Made by a program: the position numbers and the translations under genes
Virus record (IMG/VR): IMGVR_UViG_3300028920_000001
Coordinates: 62,001 to 126,000 of that record
Reading direction: 5' to 3' (one strand)
Length of the DNA stretch: 64,000 nucleotides
Shown: one piece after another, positions 47,873 to 56,418 of the stretch
Layout of the letters: each line of letters opens with the position of its first letter
Numbering within the stretch: the first letter of the stretch is position 1
The notes under the pieces: model-generated
Told to the model about the DNA's origin: nothing
Seen by the model: the letters and a program-made list of their open reading frames with translations, nothing else
The model's database searches: none

Positions 47873-48397
47873 ATGGACGCCAAAAAATTATTGGTTATGG
47901 AAGAATTGCCTTTTGATGTAATTCCTCGATATGATATTGATCCTGAAATTCCTGCATTCTATCTATCTGAAGACGGAACTCAGATTAAGCAGGCGCTTTA
48001 TAGTGGAGACCAGGGATTTAGAGTCCCGCTGCTTTCAGCCGAAAATCGAAATATTGATAATTTAATATGTGATGTCATTATTACTGCTGCAATGGAAAAT
48101 GAAGAATGGACAGCTTCTTCAGTTGAAGAAGCCATTACATTAATTAAAGAGAAATTAATACTTTTCGATGTTGAATTAGATGCTCTTTTAACTAATTCCA
48201 AACTGAATCTACCAATAACTGAGTCATTCACTCAAGTTGCTTACTACGACGAAATTCCAACTAATGTTATTTATGGATTAGGAGAAAACACATACCTTGG
48301 TGTGTTACCATATCGTCCTGAAGGACTTAATGAATATGGTAAATTTGGTATTGCGGTATTCAATTCAAATGCTATCGTGAAAGTAGTTATCAATTGA
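47873..48397 (+). CDS. hypothetical protein (weak resemblance to capsid-protein C-terminal motifs)
   Basis: EIPTNVIYG...YLGVLPYR...FGIAVFN. Confidence 0.55.
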   Translation: MDAKKLLVMEELPFDVIPRYDIDPEIPAFYLSEDGTQIKQALYSGDQGFRVPLLSAENRNIDNLICDVIITAAMENEEWTASSVEEAITLIKEKLILFDVELDALLTNSKLNLPITESFTQVAYYDEIPTNVIYGLGENTYLGVLPYRPEGLNEYGKFGIAVFNSNAIVKVVIN

Positions 48398-48618
48398 GTT
48401 ATGTCGAAGAAGTCTGGGACTTAGCTTCACAAGTCGCTAATTTCCAAGATGACGAACTGCTTTGGAACACTAGTGACTATGTTTATATTTCAGTTCCTGC
48501 TCGCTTAATACAAAGACTTTGGTGGGCTACACGTTGTGATCTCGATGTTACTAAAACAGGCATTAAACGATCATGGACTTTCCAAGAAGCGATTGTCTAT
48601 GAAGTGATGGGATCGTAG
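48394..48618 (+). CDS. hypothetical protein with C-terminal VMGS tag
   Basis: ends IVYEVMGS*. Confidence 0.65.
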   Translation: MSYVEEVWDLASQVANFQDDELLWNTSDYVYISVPARLIQRLWWATRCDLDVTKTGIKRSWTFQEAIVYEVMGS

Positions 48619-48692
48619 TACCCGTGATAGGATTCGAACCTACACTGTACGGCACCTAAAGCCGTCGCCTCTGCCAGTTGGGCTACACGGGC
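48616..48692 (-). tRNA. tRNA-Leu(UAG), short variable loop
   Basis: ACGGC-UUUAGGU-GCCGU, variable ACAGU. Confidence 0.88.
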
Positions 48693-49013
48693 ATGAAACC
48701 TTCAAAAATCAGAAGAAATTATGGACACATGAAGATTGAAGGCATTCCAATTATAGATCCTGAAATTTTGTCATATATGAATTGCTGTTTTGTTCATCTA
48801 TGTAAAAACAAAACCGTTACGTATTACCAACTGCATGAAAATGGGAAGATTTCATACCAAGCATACTGTGTTGATCATCAATATTATCTTCGAGATGAAC
48901 ACAATAAAATCAGTTATGGTTATTGGATACGAGGCATAACAAGTTCGCGTCAGTATCGAGTTCATAAAGAAAACTGGAATCAAATAATAGTATGTAACAT
49001 AATGAACGTATAG
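48693..49013 (+). CDS. hypothetical protein with variant tag (IMNV)
   Basis: start reassigned to MKPSK outside the tRNA; ends IVCNIMNV*. Confidence 0.6.
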   Translation: MKPSKIRRNYGHMKIEGIPIIDPEILSYMNCCFVHLCKNKTVTYYQLHENGKISYQAYCVDHQYYLRDEHNKISYGYWIRGITSSRQYRVHKENWNQIIVCNIMNV

Positions 49014-49087
49014 TGCTCAGGGAGGGATTCGAACCCACACTGTGTAGTGTTTGAAACTACCGCCTCTGCCAGTTGGGCTACCTGAGC
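49011..49087 (-). tRNA. tRNA-Leu(CAA), short variable loop
   Basis: GUAGU-UUCAAAC-ACUAC, variable ACAGU. Confidence 0.88.
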
Positions 49088-49171
49088 ATAGAGTTTGGTT
49101 ATGACTTGGAAAGCACACTGGAATTATTTAAAATATATTTGAAGTTATAACTTTAATATAGTAAAATTAAT

Positions 49172-49462
49172 ATGAATATGAATCCTCATCAGTTATCCAC
49201 TTCTCTGCGTCACATTGCTAGTAAAATTGAAAATTCGAAGAATCCTCAACGAGATTTGGTAATAGCCGACTTAAAGAAAATTATTGCAGGTATTGATGAT
49301 ACCGTATCTACCCCTATTCGTGTAACAATTAATACTGTAGTTGACATTCCACAAGAACAGCTTGATCATATTACTGATTTTGATTTAGTAAATCTCATAT
49401 TGCAAAAAATTGGAGATAATAAGTATATAGATGATGGAGAAATTGAATTAGAATTTGTTTAG
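49172..49462 (+). CDS. protein with type-B N-terminal leader
   Basis: MNPHQLSTSLRHIASKIENSKNPQRDLVIADL. Confidence 0.7.
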   Translation: MNMNPHQLSTSLRHIASKIENSKNPQRDLVIADLKKIIAGIDDTVSTPIRVTINTVVDIPQEQLDHITDFDLVNLILQKIGDNKYIDDGEIELEFV

Positions 49463-49529
49463 TGCGGATAGCAGGATTCCACTGATTAATTTTTGAAATT
49501 AGTGCCTCTGCCAGTTGGGCTATATCCGC
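49460..49529 (-). pseudogene. tRNA-Leu(CAA) pseudogene with T-arm deletion
   Basis: Leu-type D-arm and CAA loop intact, but + strand reads GCAGGATTCCACTG where siblings read GNNGGATTCGAACCNNCACTG (about 7 nt lost). Confidence 0.75.
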
Positions 49530-49558
49530 TTATAGGTATTATTATTGTAAAATAAAAC

Positions 49559-49771
49559 ATGCCTGAGAATCAACCAGATTTCATATTAAAATTAAATTCA
49601 AAAGATCCTAATGGGGATTTCAATGAAAGAGTCGGGGCTGGATGGTATACTAAATTTGGGGGCATTTCAATCACTCTAAACCCTGGCATTGTATTATCAT
49701 ATGAGACTATTCAGGATTTTTTTCTTATTCTTGCTAAAACTAATCATAAGAAAAGTGATAAAAAGACATGA
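49559..49771 (+). CDS. hypothetical protein
   Basis: ERVGAGW..KFGGISITLNPG. Confidence 0.6.
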   Translation: MPENQPDFILKLNSKDPNGDFNERVGAGWYTKFGGISITLNPGIVLSYETIQDFFLILAKTNHKKSDKKT

Positions 49772-50019
49772 TTTGTGTTAGGATAATCCAAGGTAAGTAT
49801 AAAGGTCATTATGGATATATAGATTTGAAATATATATCCAATAGTGAACATGTAATCGACCTGTGTGATTCCGATGACGAAGAATTTAATGATAGAACAC
49901 CTATTCTTTTAGTTACAAAACAAATTGGTATAAAACCAACTCGAATTATGGAGAGTCCCGATCACTTCAATCTGATTTCTAAAGAAGAATACACTGTTGG
50001 AGTAATAATGACGCTGTAA
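49768..50019 (+). CDS. KOW-like small protein with variant tag (IMTL)
   Basis: VRIIQGKYKGHYG; ends TVGVIMTL*. Confidence 0.6.
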   Translation: MICVRIIQGKYKGHYGYIDLKYISNSEHVIDLCDSDDEEFNDRTPILLVTKQIGIKPTRIMESPDHFNLISKEEYTVGVIMTL

Positions 50020-50027
50020 GGTAGACT

Positions 50028-50240
50028 ATGACCTACGTTAAATTCATTCAAGGTCCGAATCAAGGACATCATGGGGTTGTAGTTAAAAGTCTTGGGACTA
50101 CTTCCCAAGTTCAAATTATGACCAAGTGGGACGGACCGCCACAACGACAATATCATCCAACCGTTACTGAACCAACAACAAATTTCGAATTGGTAGGTGA
50201 AGATGAGTATAAAACAGCAATGTTAAACTGCTTAAGATGA
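50028..50240 (+). CDS. KOW-like small protein
   Basis: VKFIQGPNQGHHGVV. Confidence 0.55.
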   Translation: MTYVKFIQGPNQGHHGVVVKSLGTTSQVQIMTKWDGPPQRQYHPTVTEPTTNFELVGEDEYKTAMLNCLR

Positions 50241-50388
50241 AATTTCACTTTTAATCTTACATTTGAATATGAATGAAGCTCAAAAAAGACGTGTTAATCA
50301 CATCATCATCTTAGGAATCGGGATTGTCCTTGGAATGATGATATCCACACTGCTCCATCATTATGGATTAGCTCCTCTTCAATAGTAT

Positions 50389-50466
50389 TTGTGCGGAGAG
50401 CGGGATTCGAACCCGCACTGGATAGTGTCTGAAACTATTGCCTCTGCCTAGTTGGGCTACCTCCGC
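50389..50466 (-). tRNA. tRNA-Leu(CAG), short variable loop
   Basis: AUAGU-UUCAGAC-ACUAU, variable CCAGU. Confidence 0.88.
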
Positions 50467-50503
50467 ATTATGGACGGCACAAATCTGAACATACGATAAC
50501 CAT

Positions 50504-50633
50504 TAGTGCCCCGAACAGGATTTGAACCTGTAACATCCGGCTTGAATGGCGATAACCCTTATCCTCCGGCCCGAATCGGGCAAAAAATCGGCAAGGATAT
50601 TTTACGGCGCTCTATCCGTTGAGCTATCGGGGC
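50504..50633 (-). ncRNA. tRNA-scaffold / Y-module chimera 2 (130 nt)
   Basis: acceptor GCCCCGA/UCGGGGC, D and T arms canonical; insert AUCCUUGCCGAUUUUUUGCCCG-AUU-CGGGCCGGAGGAUAAGGGUUAUCGCC. Confidence 0.8.
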
Positions 50634-50673
50634 GATAGAACTTTTTGCCTCGAGAAGGCCTCGAGAAAAGTTC

Positions 50674-50748
50674 TGGTGCGGAGAACAAGAATCGAACTTG
50701 TCTACAACGCTATGTCAAAGCGTGCTCATCCCAGATGAGTATCTCCGC
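50674..50748 (-). tRNA. tRNA-Val(GAC)
   Basis: ACGCU-UUGACAU-AGCGU, CCA encoded. Confidence 0.9.
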
Positions 50749-50750
50749 AA

Positions 50751-50880
50751 ACGGGCAAAAAATCGTGAATGGATGTTGAAGGTTGGATTCGAACCAACGA
50801 CCTCCGGATGTTAGTCCGGCGCTCTAACCACTGAGCTACTCGCTCGATTGATGGGCGATAACCCACACACTCCGGCCCGT
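50751..50880 (-). ncRNA. Y-RNA-like RNA carrying an internal degenerate tRNA cloverleaf (130 nt)
   Basis: 5' ACGGGCCGGAGUGUGUGGGUUAUCGCC ... D-arm, CCGGA-CUAACA-UCCGG (6-nt loop), T-arm ... AUCCAUUCACGAUUUUUUGCCCGU 3'; 2-nt spacers to flanking tRNAs. Confidence 0.75.
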
Positions 50881-50882
50881 AT

Positions 50883-50959
50883 TGGTGGAGCGCCTGGGAA
50901 TTGAACCCAGCACAGGTCGCTTATCAGGCGTCCTAGGTCAGACCAGACGCTTACGCTCC
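50883..50959 (-). tRNA. tRNA-Ile(GAU)
   Basis: loop CU-GAU-AA, CCA encoded. Confidence 0.85.
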
Positions 50960-50971
50960 GTTAAAGTTTCT

Positions 50972-51049
50972 TAGTAGGGGAGATAGGATTCGAACCTACA
51001 CTGTAGGGTTTTTAAAACCCTCGCCTCTGCCTAGTTGGGCTACTCCCCC
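50972..51049 (-). tRNA. tRNA-Leu(UAA), short variable loop
   Basis: AGGGU-UUUAAAA-ACCCU, variable ACAGU. Confidence 0.88.
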
Positions 51050-51070
51050 GATCTGTTGTATTATTTAATA

Positions 51071-51433
51071 GTGGATCAAAGATTAGATAAAATCACAATT
51101 CCTACTACCATAGTTGATATGTATGGAGGTGAAACTTGCTTCTTTTCTTTGAATGATATCTATGCCTCTTTTAATGCTCTTCATATACCGAATGCTGCTT
51201 CCTCTAAAAAATTTGGCTTAGTTTGCATTCATAAATTGGATCAAAGTCAATTACAAACAGACATTTTCCATGCTGTGATTCTTCAAATTAAGAAAATTAA
51301 GCGAATTCATTGGATATCGAACGACTACACCCTAATTCAAACTTTTGACTTAGTTAAGAGCCCTATTGAATATTACCGAAAAATCAAAGAATTGAAAGCG
51401 CTCCATTTAGTTCGAAATATAATGGAATCTTAA
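51071..51433 (+). CDS. hypothetical protein with C-terminal IMES tag
   Basis: start reassigned to GTG 51071 (promoter motif 6 nt upstream); ends LVRNIMES*. Confidence 0.6.
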   Translation: MDQRLDKITIPTTIVDMYGGETCFFSLNDIYASFNALHIPNAASSKKFGLVCIHKLDQSQLQTDIFHAVILQIKKIKRIHWISNDYTLIQTFDLVKSPIEYYRKIKELKALHLVRNIMES

Positions 51434-51443
51434 ATCTTAAATC

Positions 51444-51734
51444 CTAAATATCATGAACTTCGTACACGAAAATTTTAGTCAAAAATTCTTCTTCTGATTC
51501 AGCAAAGAAGAACCAATCATAATCAGAATCAGAATCTATATCATCATTATATAATTGTCTATCACGTTTATACTGAAAGATTTTCATTCCATCCCCATAT
51601 TTCTCGAGTTTAGCTTGAGCTAAAGAATTGGAAACTGTAGTCCCTTGATAGACATCAGAAATAGATCTAAGATCATCTAAATTCATCTTATCGAGAACCA
51701 ATACAGCTTCCCATGGACAGGCATCGATCCTCAT
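51444..51734 (-). CDS. hypothetical protein with variant tag (VHDI)
   Basis: ends FVYEVHDI*. Confidence 0.6.
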   Translation of the reverse strand: MRIDACPWEAVLVLDKMNLDDLRSISDVYQGTTVSNSLAQAKLEKYGDGMKIFQYKRDRQLYNDDIDSDSDYDWFFFAESEEEFLTKIFVYEVHDI

Positions 51735-51961
51735 GGATTATCTTTCTTAGTCACGACTTCTACAATTCTTCTTAGTAAATTCTGTTCTTTTAAGTATACT
51801 AATAAATGTTGAAGCTCCCATGGTTCAAGTTTAGTCAAACCAACTTCTTTAATTCGACGTTTGAAATAATCTCGAGTACTTTCCATGGTTATTTGAGTAA
51901 ATCTAGAATCTTGGTCAGTATATCTTTTTATACCTCCTATAACGGATATTATAGATCTCAC
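51731..51961 (-). CDS. hypothetical protein
   Basis: 76-aa ORF. Confidence 0.5.
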   Translation of the reverse strand: MRSIISVIGGIKRYTDQDSRFTQITMESTRDYFKRRIKEVGLTKLEPWELQHLLVYLKEQNLLRRIVEVVTKKDNP

Positions 51962-52136
51962 TCTTAAGATTTTGTTTCGCTATTATCTGATTCATATAAT
52001 CATTACTAGTATTAAGTGAAGGCTCTACTCTTCCTACTCGACGCATGCAACGAACGGCATTCATAAGTTCCTCAGCGTCATCTTCACGCATCGGTTCTTC
52101 TAAAATAACCGTAAACCCTTTGATTCGGTCTGTCAT
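51915..52136 (-). CDS. hypothetical protein
   Basis: MTDRIKGFTVILEEPMREDDAE. Confidence 0.6.
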   Translation of the reverse strand: MTDRIKGFTVILEEPMREDDAEELMNAVRCMRRVGRVEPSLNTSNDYMNQIIAKQNLKSEIYNIRYRRYKKIY

Positions 52137-52369
52137 GATTCCATCACCTGATATACATAAATTACATCCAAAATTTCTTGTTCATTTCTACGTTTCACCA
52201 TTTCTTTGGAAAAATGGAGTGTATGAGTTTCTCCCATCTTATTCCCAAAAGTAATAAGATAAAATGAGTTACCGGTCCCATCATGCTCAAATCCCATTGA
52301 TAAATATTTAATTCCATTCCTGTCTGCGACATCTTTAATCCATCGCCAATTTTTAGGTCCGTTATACAT
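52133..52369 (-). CDS. hypothetical protein with C-terminal VMES tag
   Basis: ends YVYQVMES*. Confidence 0.7.
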   Translation of the reverse strand: MYNGPKNWRWIKDVADRNGIKYLSMGFEHDGTGNSFYLITFGNKMGETHTLHFSKEMVKRRNEQEILDVIYVYQVMES

Positions 52370-52387
52370 TAATAACTCTAGAGCAAT

Positions 52388-52463
52388 TGGTACGGGGCGT
52401 GAGGATCGAACTCACCTTGTTCTCCTTGTAAAAGAGATGCCATCACCAGACGACTCGCCCCGC
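52388..52463 (-). tRNA. tRNA-Val(UAC)
   Basis: loop UU-UAC-AA, CCA encoded. Confidence 0.88.
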
Positions 52464-52693
52464 TCTCTACTTGGTTGAATTACGCCCCCTAAGATTCCTG
52501 GTTAGTTTCTCTTAAATCTTTAAGTTTTGCTTTAATCTCGGTAATCCAACCACAACATTTTATACATACATGATCTTTATGTACAATTCCTTCCCTGTTC
52601 GGTGGTCCGAAAAATAATCCACCTGGTTCCATCAACTCCTTTCCACAGAAATCACAGACCACTTGAATCATAATCAATTGTACAATTATCTTA

Positions 52694-53041
52694 ATGTTGG
52701 AAGAAATCAAAGCTCAGATGGCAACTGTTTCTTCTCGAGAGAAAAGATTAGATATTATTTATGATGTGATCGATGACGCATTGATAGCAGGTAAGTTTAA
52801 TGAAATTAACCAAATGTTTACAGAAATCAAATGTGAGGAATTTGAAGCAACTGAATTGTTAGGATTTCTAACCATCACTTTAATGGCTCATGGCCAATTA
52901 TCCAATCGTGGATGGTTCTATGATCAATGCAAAATTGAATTATTAAAAAGTCGTCCATTAACAGAAGTTAATAAAATGACAAGTGGCTTGGCATTTCCTT
53001 ATCAAGCCCAAACTCAAGCCAAGAAAATTGTTACTAAATAG
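52694..53041 (+). CDS. hypothetical protein with KKIVTK C-terminal tag
   Basis: ends TQAKKIVTK*. Confidence 0.7.
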   Translation: MLEEIKAQMATVSSREKRLDIIYDVIDDALIAGKFNEINQMFTEIKCEEFEATELLGFLTITLMAHGQLSNRGWFYDQCKIELLKSRPLTEVNKMTSGLAFPYQAQTQAKKIVTK

Positions 53042-53113
53042 TCGGAGTGAGAGGAATTGAACCTCCATGATCTCGGTCCCGAACCGAGTGGCTTACCAGT
53101 TGCCTACACTCCG
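53039..53113 (-). tRNA. tRNA-Pro(CGG)
   Basis: CUCGG-UUCGGGA-CCGAG. Confidence 0.9.
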
Positions 53114-53114
53114 G

Positions 53115-53184
53115 CTGGGGTACTAGGACTCGAACCTAGATACTGAGATCCAAAGTCTCAGGTCCTACCGTTGGACGATACCCC
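53115..53184 (-). tRNA. tRNA-Gln(UUG), second copy
   Basis: UGGGGUA/UACCCCA, UGAGA-CUUUGGA-UCUCA. Confidence 0.88.
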
Positions 53185-53187
53185 AAT

Positions 53188-53259
53188 TGGTCGCTACGGA
53201 GGGATCTCGAACCCTCGCCCAAGGCCGTATGAAAGCCCGGTCCTTCCTAGGTCGTAGCG
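53188..53259 (-). tRNA. tRNA-Met/Ile2(CAU) with reduced D-arm
   Basis: CGCUACG/CGUAGCG, loop UU-CAU-AC, CCA encoded; D-arm barely pairs. Confidence 0.7.
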
Positions 53260-53292
53260 GAAGATTCTAGTTCATTTAACGTAATCTTTAAC

Positions 53293-53712
53293 ATGCTTAT
53301 CGAATGGGATAAAATCATTGGTATAAGCTTTAGAAAAAGAGAAGATGGTTATGATTTTATAGTCACTACTGATGAAGCATATGATGCTGCGGACGGTTGG
53401 CATGCAGGTGATGAAGAGCATACAATATTTTTTAAATCCGATTGTACTTGGCAAGATATAAGAATAAGTCTAGATGCCATTAATTATCATTTTCAGAAAG
53501 AAGTTGAAAAACAAATTCGAGCAATTACACGTAAAGTCTTTGATATCATCGGTCCTAATTTCTCTAATGAAGGACATAGACAATTTCATTGTTGGTGGAA
53601 TTGCCTTCATTTTGAAGAATTCGTATTATATTTAACTAATTATGTTAATTATGAAGATGCTTTGGAAATTTTAAATCGAATTTATTTAGTTAAATCAATA
53701 ATGGATAGTTAA
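53293..53712 (+). CDS. hypothetical protein with C-terminal IMDS tag
   Basis: ends LVKSIMDS*. Confidence 0.7.
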   Translation: MLIEWDKIIGISFRKREDGYDFIVTTDEAYDAADGWHAGDEEHTIFFKSDCTWQDIRISLDAINYHFQKEVEKQIRAITRKVFDIIGPNFSNEGHRQFHCWWNCLHFEEFVLYLTNYVNYEDALEILNRIYLVKSIMDS

Positions 53713-54065
53713 GAATTCATAACCTGATAGATAGTCCAACTCGGTGAATTTTCAAAATGTGCTTCATTGATTTCATGAATCTCGAGTCCATCATTAATTG
53801 CACATCCTAATTTATCTTGTCCCTTAGGAGTAGTAATTAATTGAGTTAAGTATTTTTCATTTGATAAATTTAAAATATTACCAAAACGACGACGTTGGAC
53901 TTGAGTAAGTCGTACAAACCAGAAATCGGATTCATTAATAGTAGCCATTCCTAAAAGAAGCGAGTTGCTATCTCGATACCATCGTACATCTTTACCTGTC
54001 ATTAAATGATAATCTCTAGCTTTATTAAGAACTTCACCTAGATCACTACACTGATGTTTGTTCAT
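53709..54065 (-). CDS. hypothetical protein with C-terminal VMNS tag
   Basis: ends TIYQVMNS*. Confidence 0.7.
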   Translation of the reverse strand: MNKHQCSDLGEVLNKARDYHLMTGKDVRWYRDSNSLLLGMATINESDFWFVRLTQVQRRRFGNILNLSNEKYLTQLITTPKGQDKLGCAINDGLEIHEINEAHFENSPSWTIYQVMNS

Positions 54066-54080
54066 ATTTCATTTTACAAT

Positions 54081-54159
54081 TGGTTGCGGGCACGGGGAGT
54101 CGAACCCCGCTGTTACTAGCTCATGAGGCTAGTGTGTAATGCCGTTTCACTCGCCCGCA
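54081..54159 (-). tRNA. tRNA-Met/Ile2(CAU)
   Basis: CUAGC-CUCAUGA-GCUAG, CCA encoded. Confidence 0.88.
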
Positions 54160-54234
54160 TAGTCTCCCCAGCAGGACTCGAACCTGCATAACAAGCTCCG
54201 GAGGCTTGTGCCTTATCCATTAGACGATGAGGAG
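54160..54234 (-). tRNA. tRNA-Arg(CCG)
   Basis: loop CU-CCG-GA. Confidence 0.88.
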
Positions 54235-54251
54235 AATTTACTACCCTAAAA

Positions 54252-54857
54252 CTAGCATTTATTTCTAATAAAACATAAAGGAAAAACAATATCACTCATA
54301 CAACATGGGATCAGTACTGCTAAAAACAAAAACACACTAATTAAAACTAATTCTACAGCATCAAATCTAGTCTGAGTAGCCATGGAAATATGAAATAATG
54401 ATGCCCAAGTACTAAGCAATACATGAATTGTATGAGGAAATTTGGTACTAGGTATAAGAATCCCTAATAGGATTCCAACTAAAGCTAATGGATTAATTAA
54501 CCACCATTTTTCGATGAATCCAATATGATGATGAGCATGAGGCATATTAAGCAATAGCTCTCCTACATACGGAATGATACAATCACTTAATGTGCCAATT
54601 CCAATAGAACCCATATATCCAATTAATATGATATATCCAAATCTAAATTTACTACCAGAATTTAGACAAAAAATTCCAGTAGTAACCCATGCACTAACTA
54701 AAACATGAAGAGGATGTAAAGTCCAAAACGCATTTTCGGAAAATGATCTTGGTAAGTCTAAAACTAAAATCAATGCCATAATGGCAATTCCAGTAAAGAC
54801 TCCAAAACTAGTAAATGGGGAATGAATTTTAAGTTCTTTTATGATAGTAACTAACAT
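54252..54857 (-). CDS. multi-pass membrane protein with conserved-looking His motifs (possible metal-binding/transport)
   Basis: HSPFT, LHPLHVLVSA, TLSDCIIPY, HAHHHIGFIE, HTIHVLLSTWASLFH, PCCMSDIVFP. Confidence 0.65.
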   Translation of the reverse strand: MLVTIIKELKIHSPFTSFGVFTGIAIMALILVLDLPRSFSENAFWTLHPLHVLVSAWVTTGIFCLNSGSKFRFGYIILIGYMGSIGIGTLSDCIIPYVGELLLNMPHAHHHIGFIEKWWLINPLALVGILLGILIPSTKFPHTIHVLLSTWASLFHISMATQTRFDAVELVLISVFLFLAVLIPCCMSDIVFPLCFIRNKC

Positions 54858-54890
54858 ACTAATAAATACAAAAGTAGACTTTAAACTTAC

Positions 54891-54966
54891 GGAGCCCCTA
54901 GCAGGAGTCGAACCCGCATTAACCTGGTTCCGTAGACCAGTGCATTCTCCGTTATGCTATAGGGGC
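54891..54966 (-). tRNA. tRNA-Arg(ACG)
   Basis: CUGGU-CUACGGA-ACCAG. Confidence 0.88.
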
Positions 54967-54993
54967 AAAAATACTGATGTGCTGTTCTAATCC

Positions 54994-55065
54994 GGAGCCC
55001 CCACTAGGAGTCGAACCTAGAACGCGAAGCTTAGAACACTCTGCTGGGTATCCGTCCCTGAGGGC
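54994..55065 (-). tRNA. tRNA-Arg(UCU)
   Basis: loop GU-UCU-AA; weak anticodon stem. Confidence 0.75.
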
Positions 55066-55117
55066 CTATCGTGTGATTATTCGTCTTTTCCACTCTCTGC
55101 ATGCTTTACAATTAGGA

Positions 55118-55963
55118 TCATAACCTTGATGTCTTGAACAAATTCCTGCCATCTCGTTTCTTTCTGCCTGTTAGTTCATATAATGAAGTGCCATTTCTCA
55201 TTAGCCAACAATCAATTGAAATCCAAGTTCTTCCGTCAGTTGACTGACAACTTTTCTTATCCCGATTAACAATAGGGAGTCTTCCAGTTTGAACAAAGAA
55301 ATCTTTGATCCATGATTTAATTAACGGGATTGTAAATGATGGATATGAACGAGTCTTTAGACCAAGCTTCTCTTTCATATAGATTCCTGTACTCATTTTA
55401 TGATTTTTACGAATCCATTCACCAATAGTTCTCCAGTCCCATCCATTAGTAAATTCGTTGCCTTTATGCGGAACTTTTTGGTATTTTGCATAATAGAGTT
55501 TAATCCAACTATCAACAGATGCTTTGGTTAGTGGAACATGTGGTCCTTTAAAACCAATAAACTCTGGTGTTACCCTCTTAGTTTCTATCCTCTGTTTAAT
55601 TGGCTTTCTTCTATCAAATTTTTTATCTAGAGCTCGAGCTTTCTTTAAAGTTATGAGTCTCAAGTTATCTCTGCAGAAATTTAACTTATTCCCATCTAGA
55701 TGATAAATAACGTATCCTCTTTTCCCTTTCTTTCCTTTAATGAAATACTTCAGATTATGACATGGTTCTCCAATACTATGTAGAGAATGGACCTGTTTGC
55801 CTTTTTTCCATACCCACTTATATTCATTAACTCGATCCCAGTCCTTTTCATCAATTAATGCAAAATTTCCATTTCCCACTTCTATCCATTGTTTACCAGG
55901 CTTTTTTCGTGGTTTCGGATGTCCGTAGGTAGATGACGGTTTTGGCACATTATTATTGTACAT
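55118..55963 (-). mobile_element. HNH-related homing endonuclease homolog with repeated C-terminal DNA-binding-like units
   Basis: FALIDEKDWDRVNEYKW...YHLDGNKLNFCRDNL; repeated 'I.SWIK.(Y/F)...G..P...W..I..W.R'. Confidence 0.65.
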
Positions 55964-55970
55964 TAAAATA

Positions 55971-56192
55971 ATGGCTTATCCTATAGGAACTCATGTTAAA
56001 ATTAAAGAACATCATCATAGTATTGATAATGATGCCTGGTATGGAACTATTGAAAATTATGATCATGATACCACACTTTATGAAGTGAAAATTGATCAAG
56101 ATGAAATTAAATGGAATAGACTTGTATTTGAAAATGAATTCGTTATTGTTTCTCCAGATGAGCTTTTATTATTAGAAGTTATGAAATCTTAG
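55971..56192 (+). CDS. small SH3/KOW-like protein with C-terminal VMKS tag
   Basis: MAYPIGTHVKI...GTI...YEV; ends LLLEVMKS*. Confidence 0.65.
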   Translation: MAYPIGTHVKIKEHHHSIDNDAWYGTIENYDHDTTLYEVKIDQDEIKWNRLVFENEFVIVSPDELLLLEVMKS

Positions 56193-56262
56193 AGTCCTAG
56201 GTGAGATTCGAACTCACTTCCTGTGGGTTGCAATCACAGTCCCGCATCCCGCGAACTAGGAC
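56190..56262 (-). tRNA. tRNA-Cys(GCA)
   Basis: loop UU-GCA-AC, U73. Confidence 0.85.
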
Positions 56263-56340
56263 AATAAGGATAGGTCTGCAGCCTCATCCTTAATCAGTTA
56301 TTCGGAGGAGTGGCGTCCCACTCATATTAAAGTGAATAAC

Positions 56341-56416
56341 TGGAGCGGCCGACGAGGATCGAACTCGTACTTCTAGCTTGGCAAGCTAGCTTGCTACCAT
56401 TAAACAACACGGCCGC
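56341..56416 (-). tRNA. tRNA-Gly(GCC)
   Basis: CUAGC-UUGCCAA-GCUAG, UCCA end. Confidence 0.9.
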
Positions 56417-56418
56417 AA

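Noticed and set aside
50471-50503. Additional Y element (GGUUAUCG present on the minus strand)
   Set aside because: No GGGYCG box at N9 and no U-tract/RCCC partner; at most a remnant.
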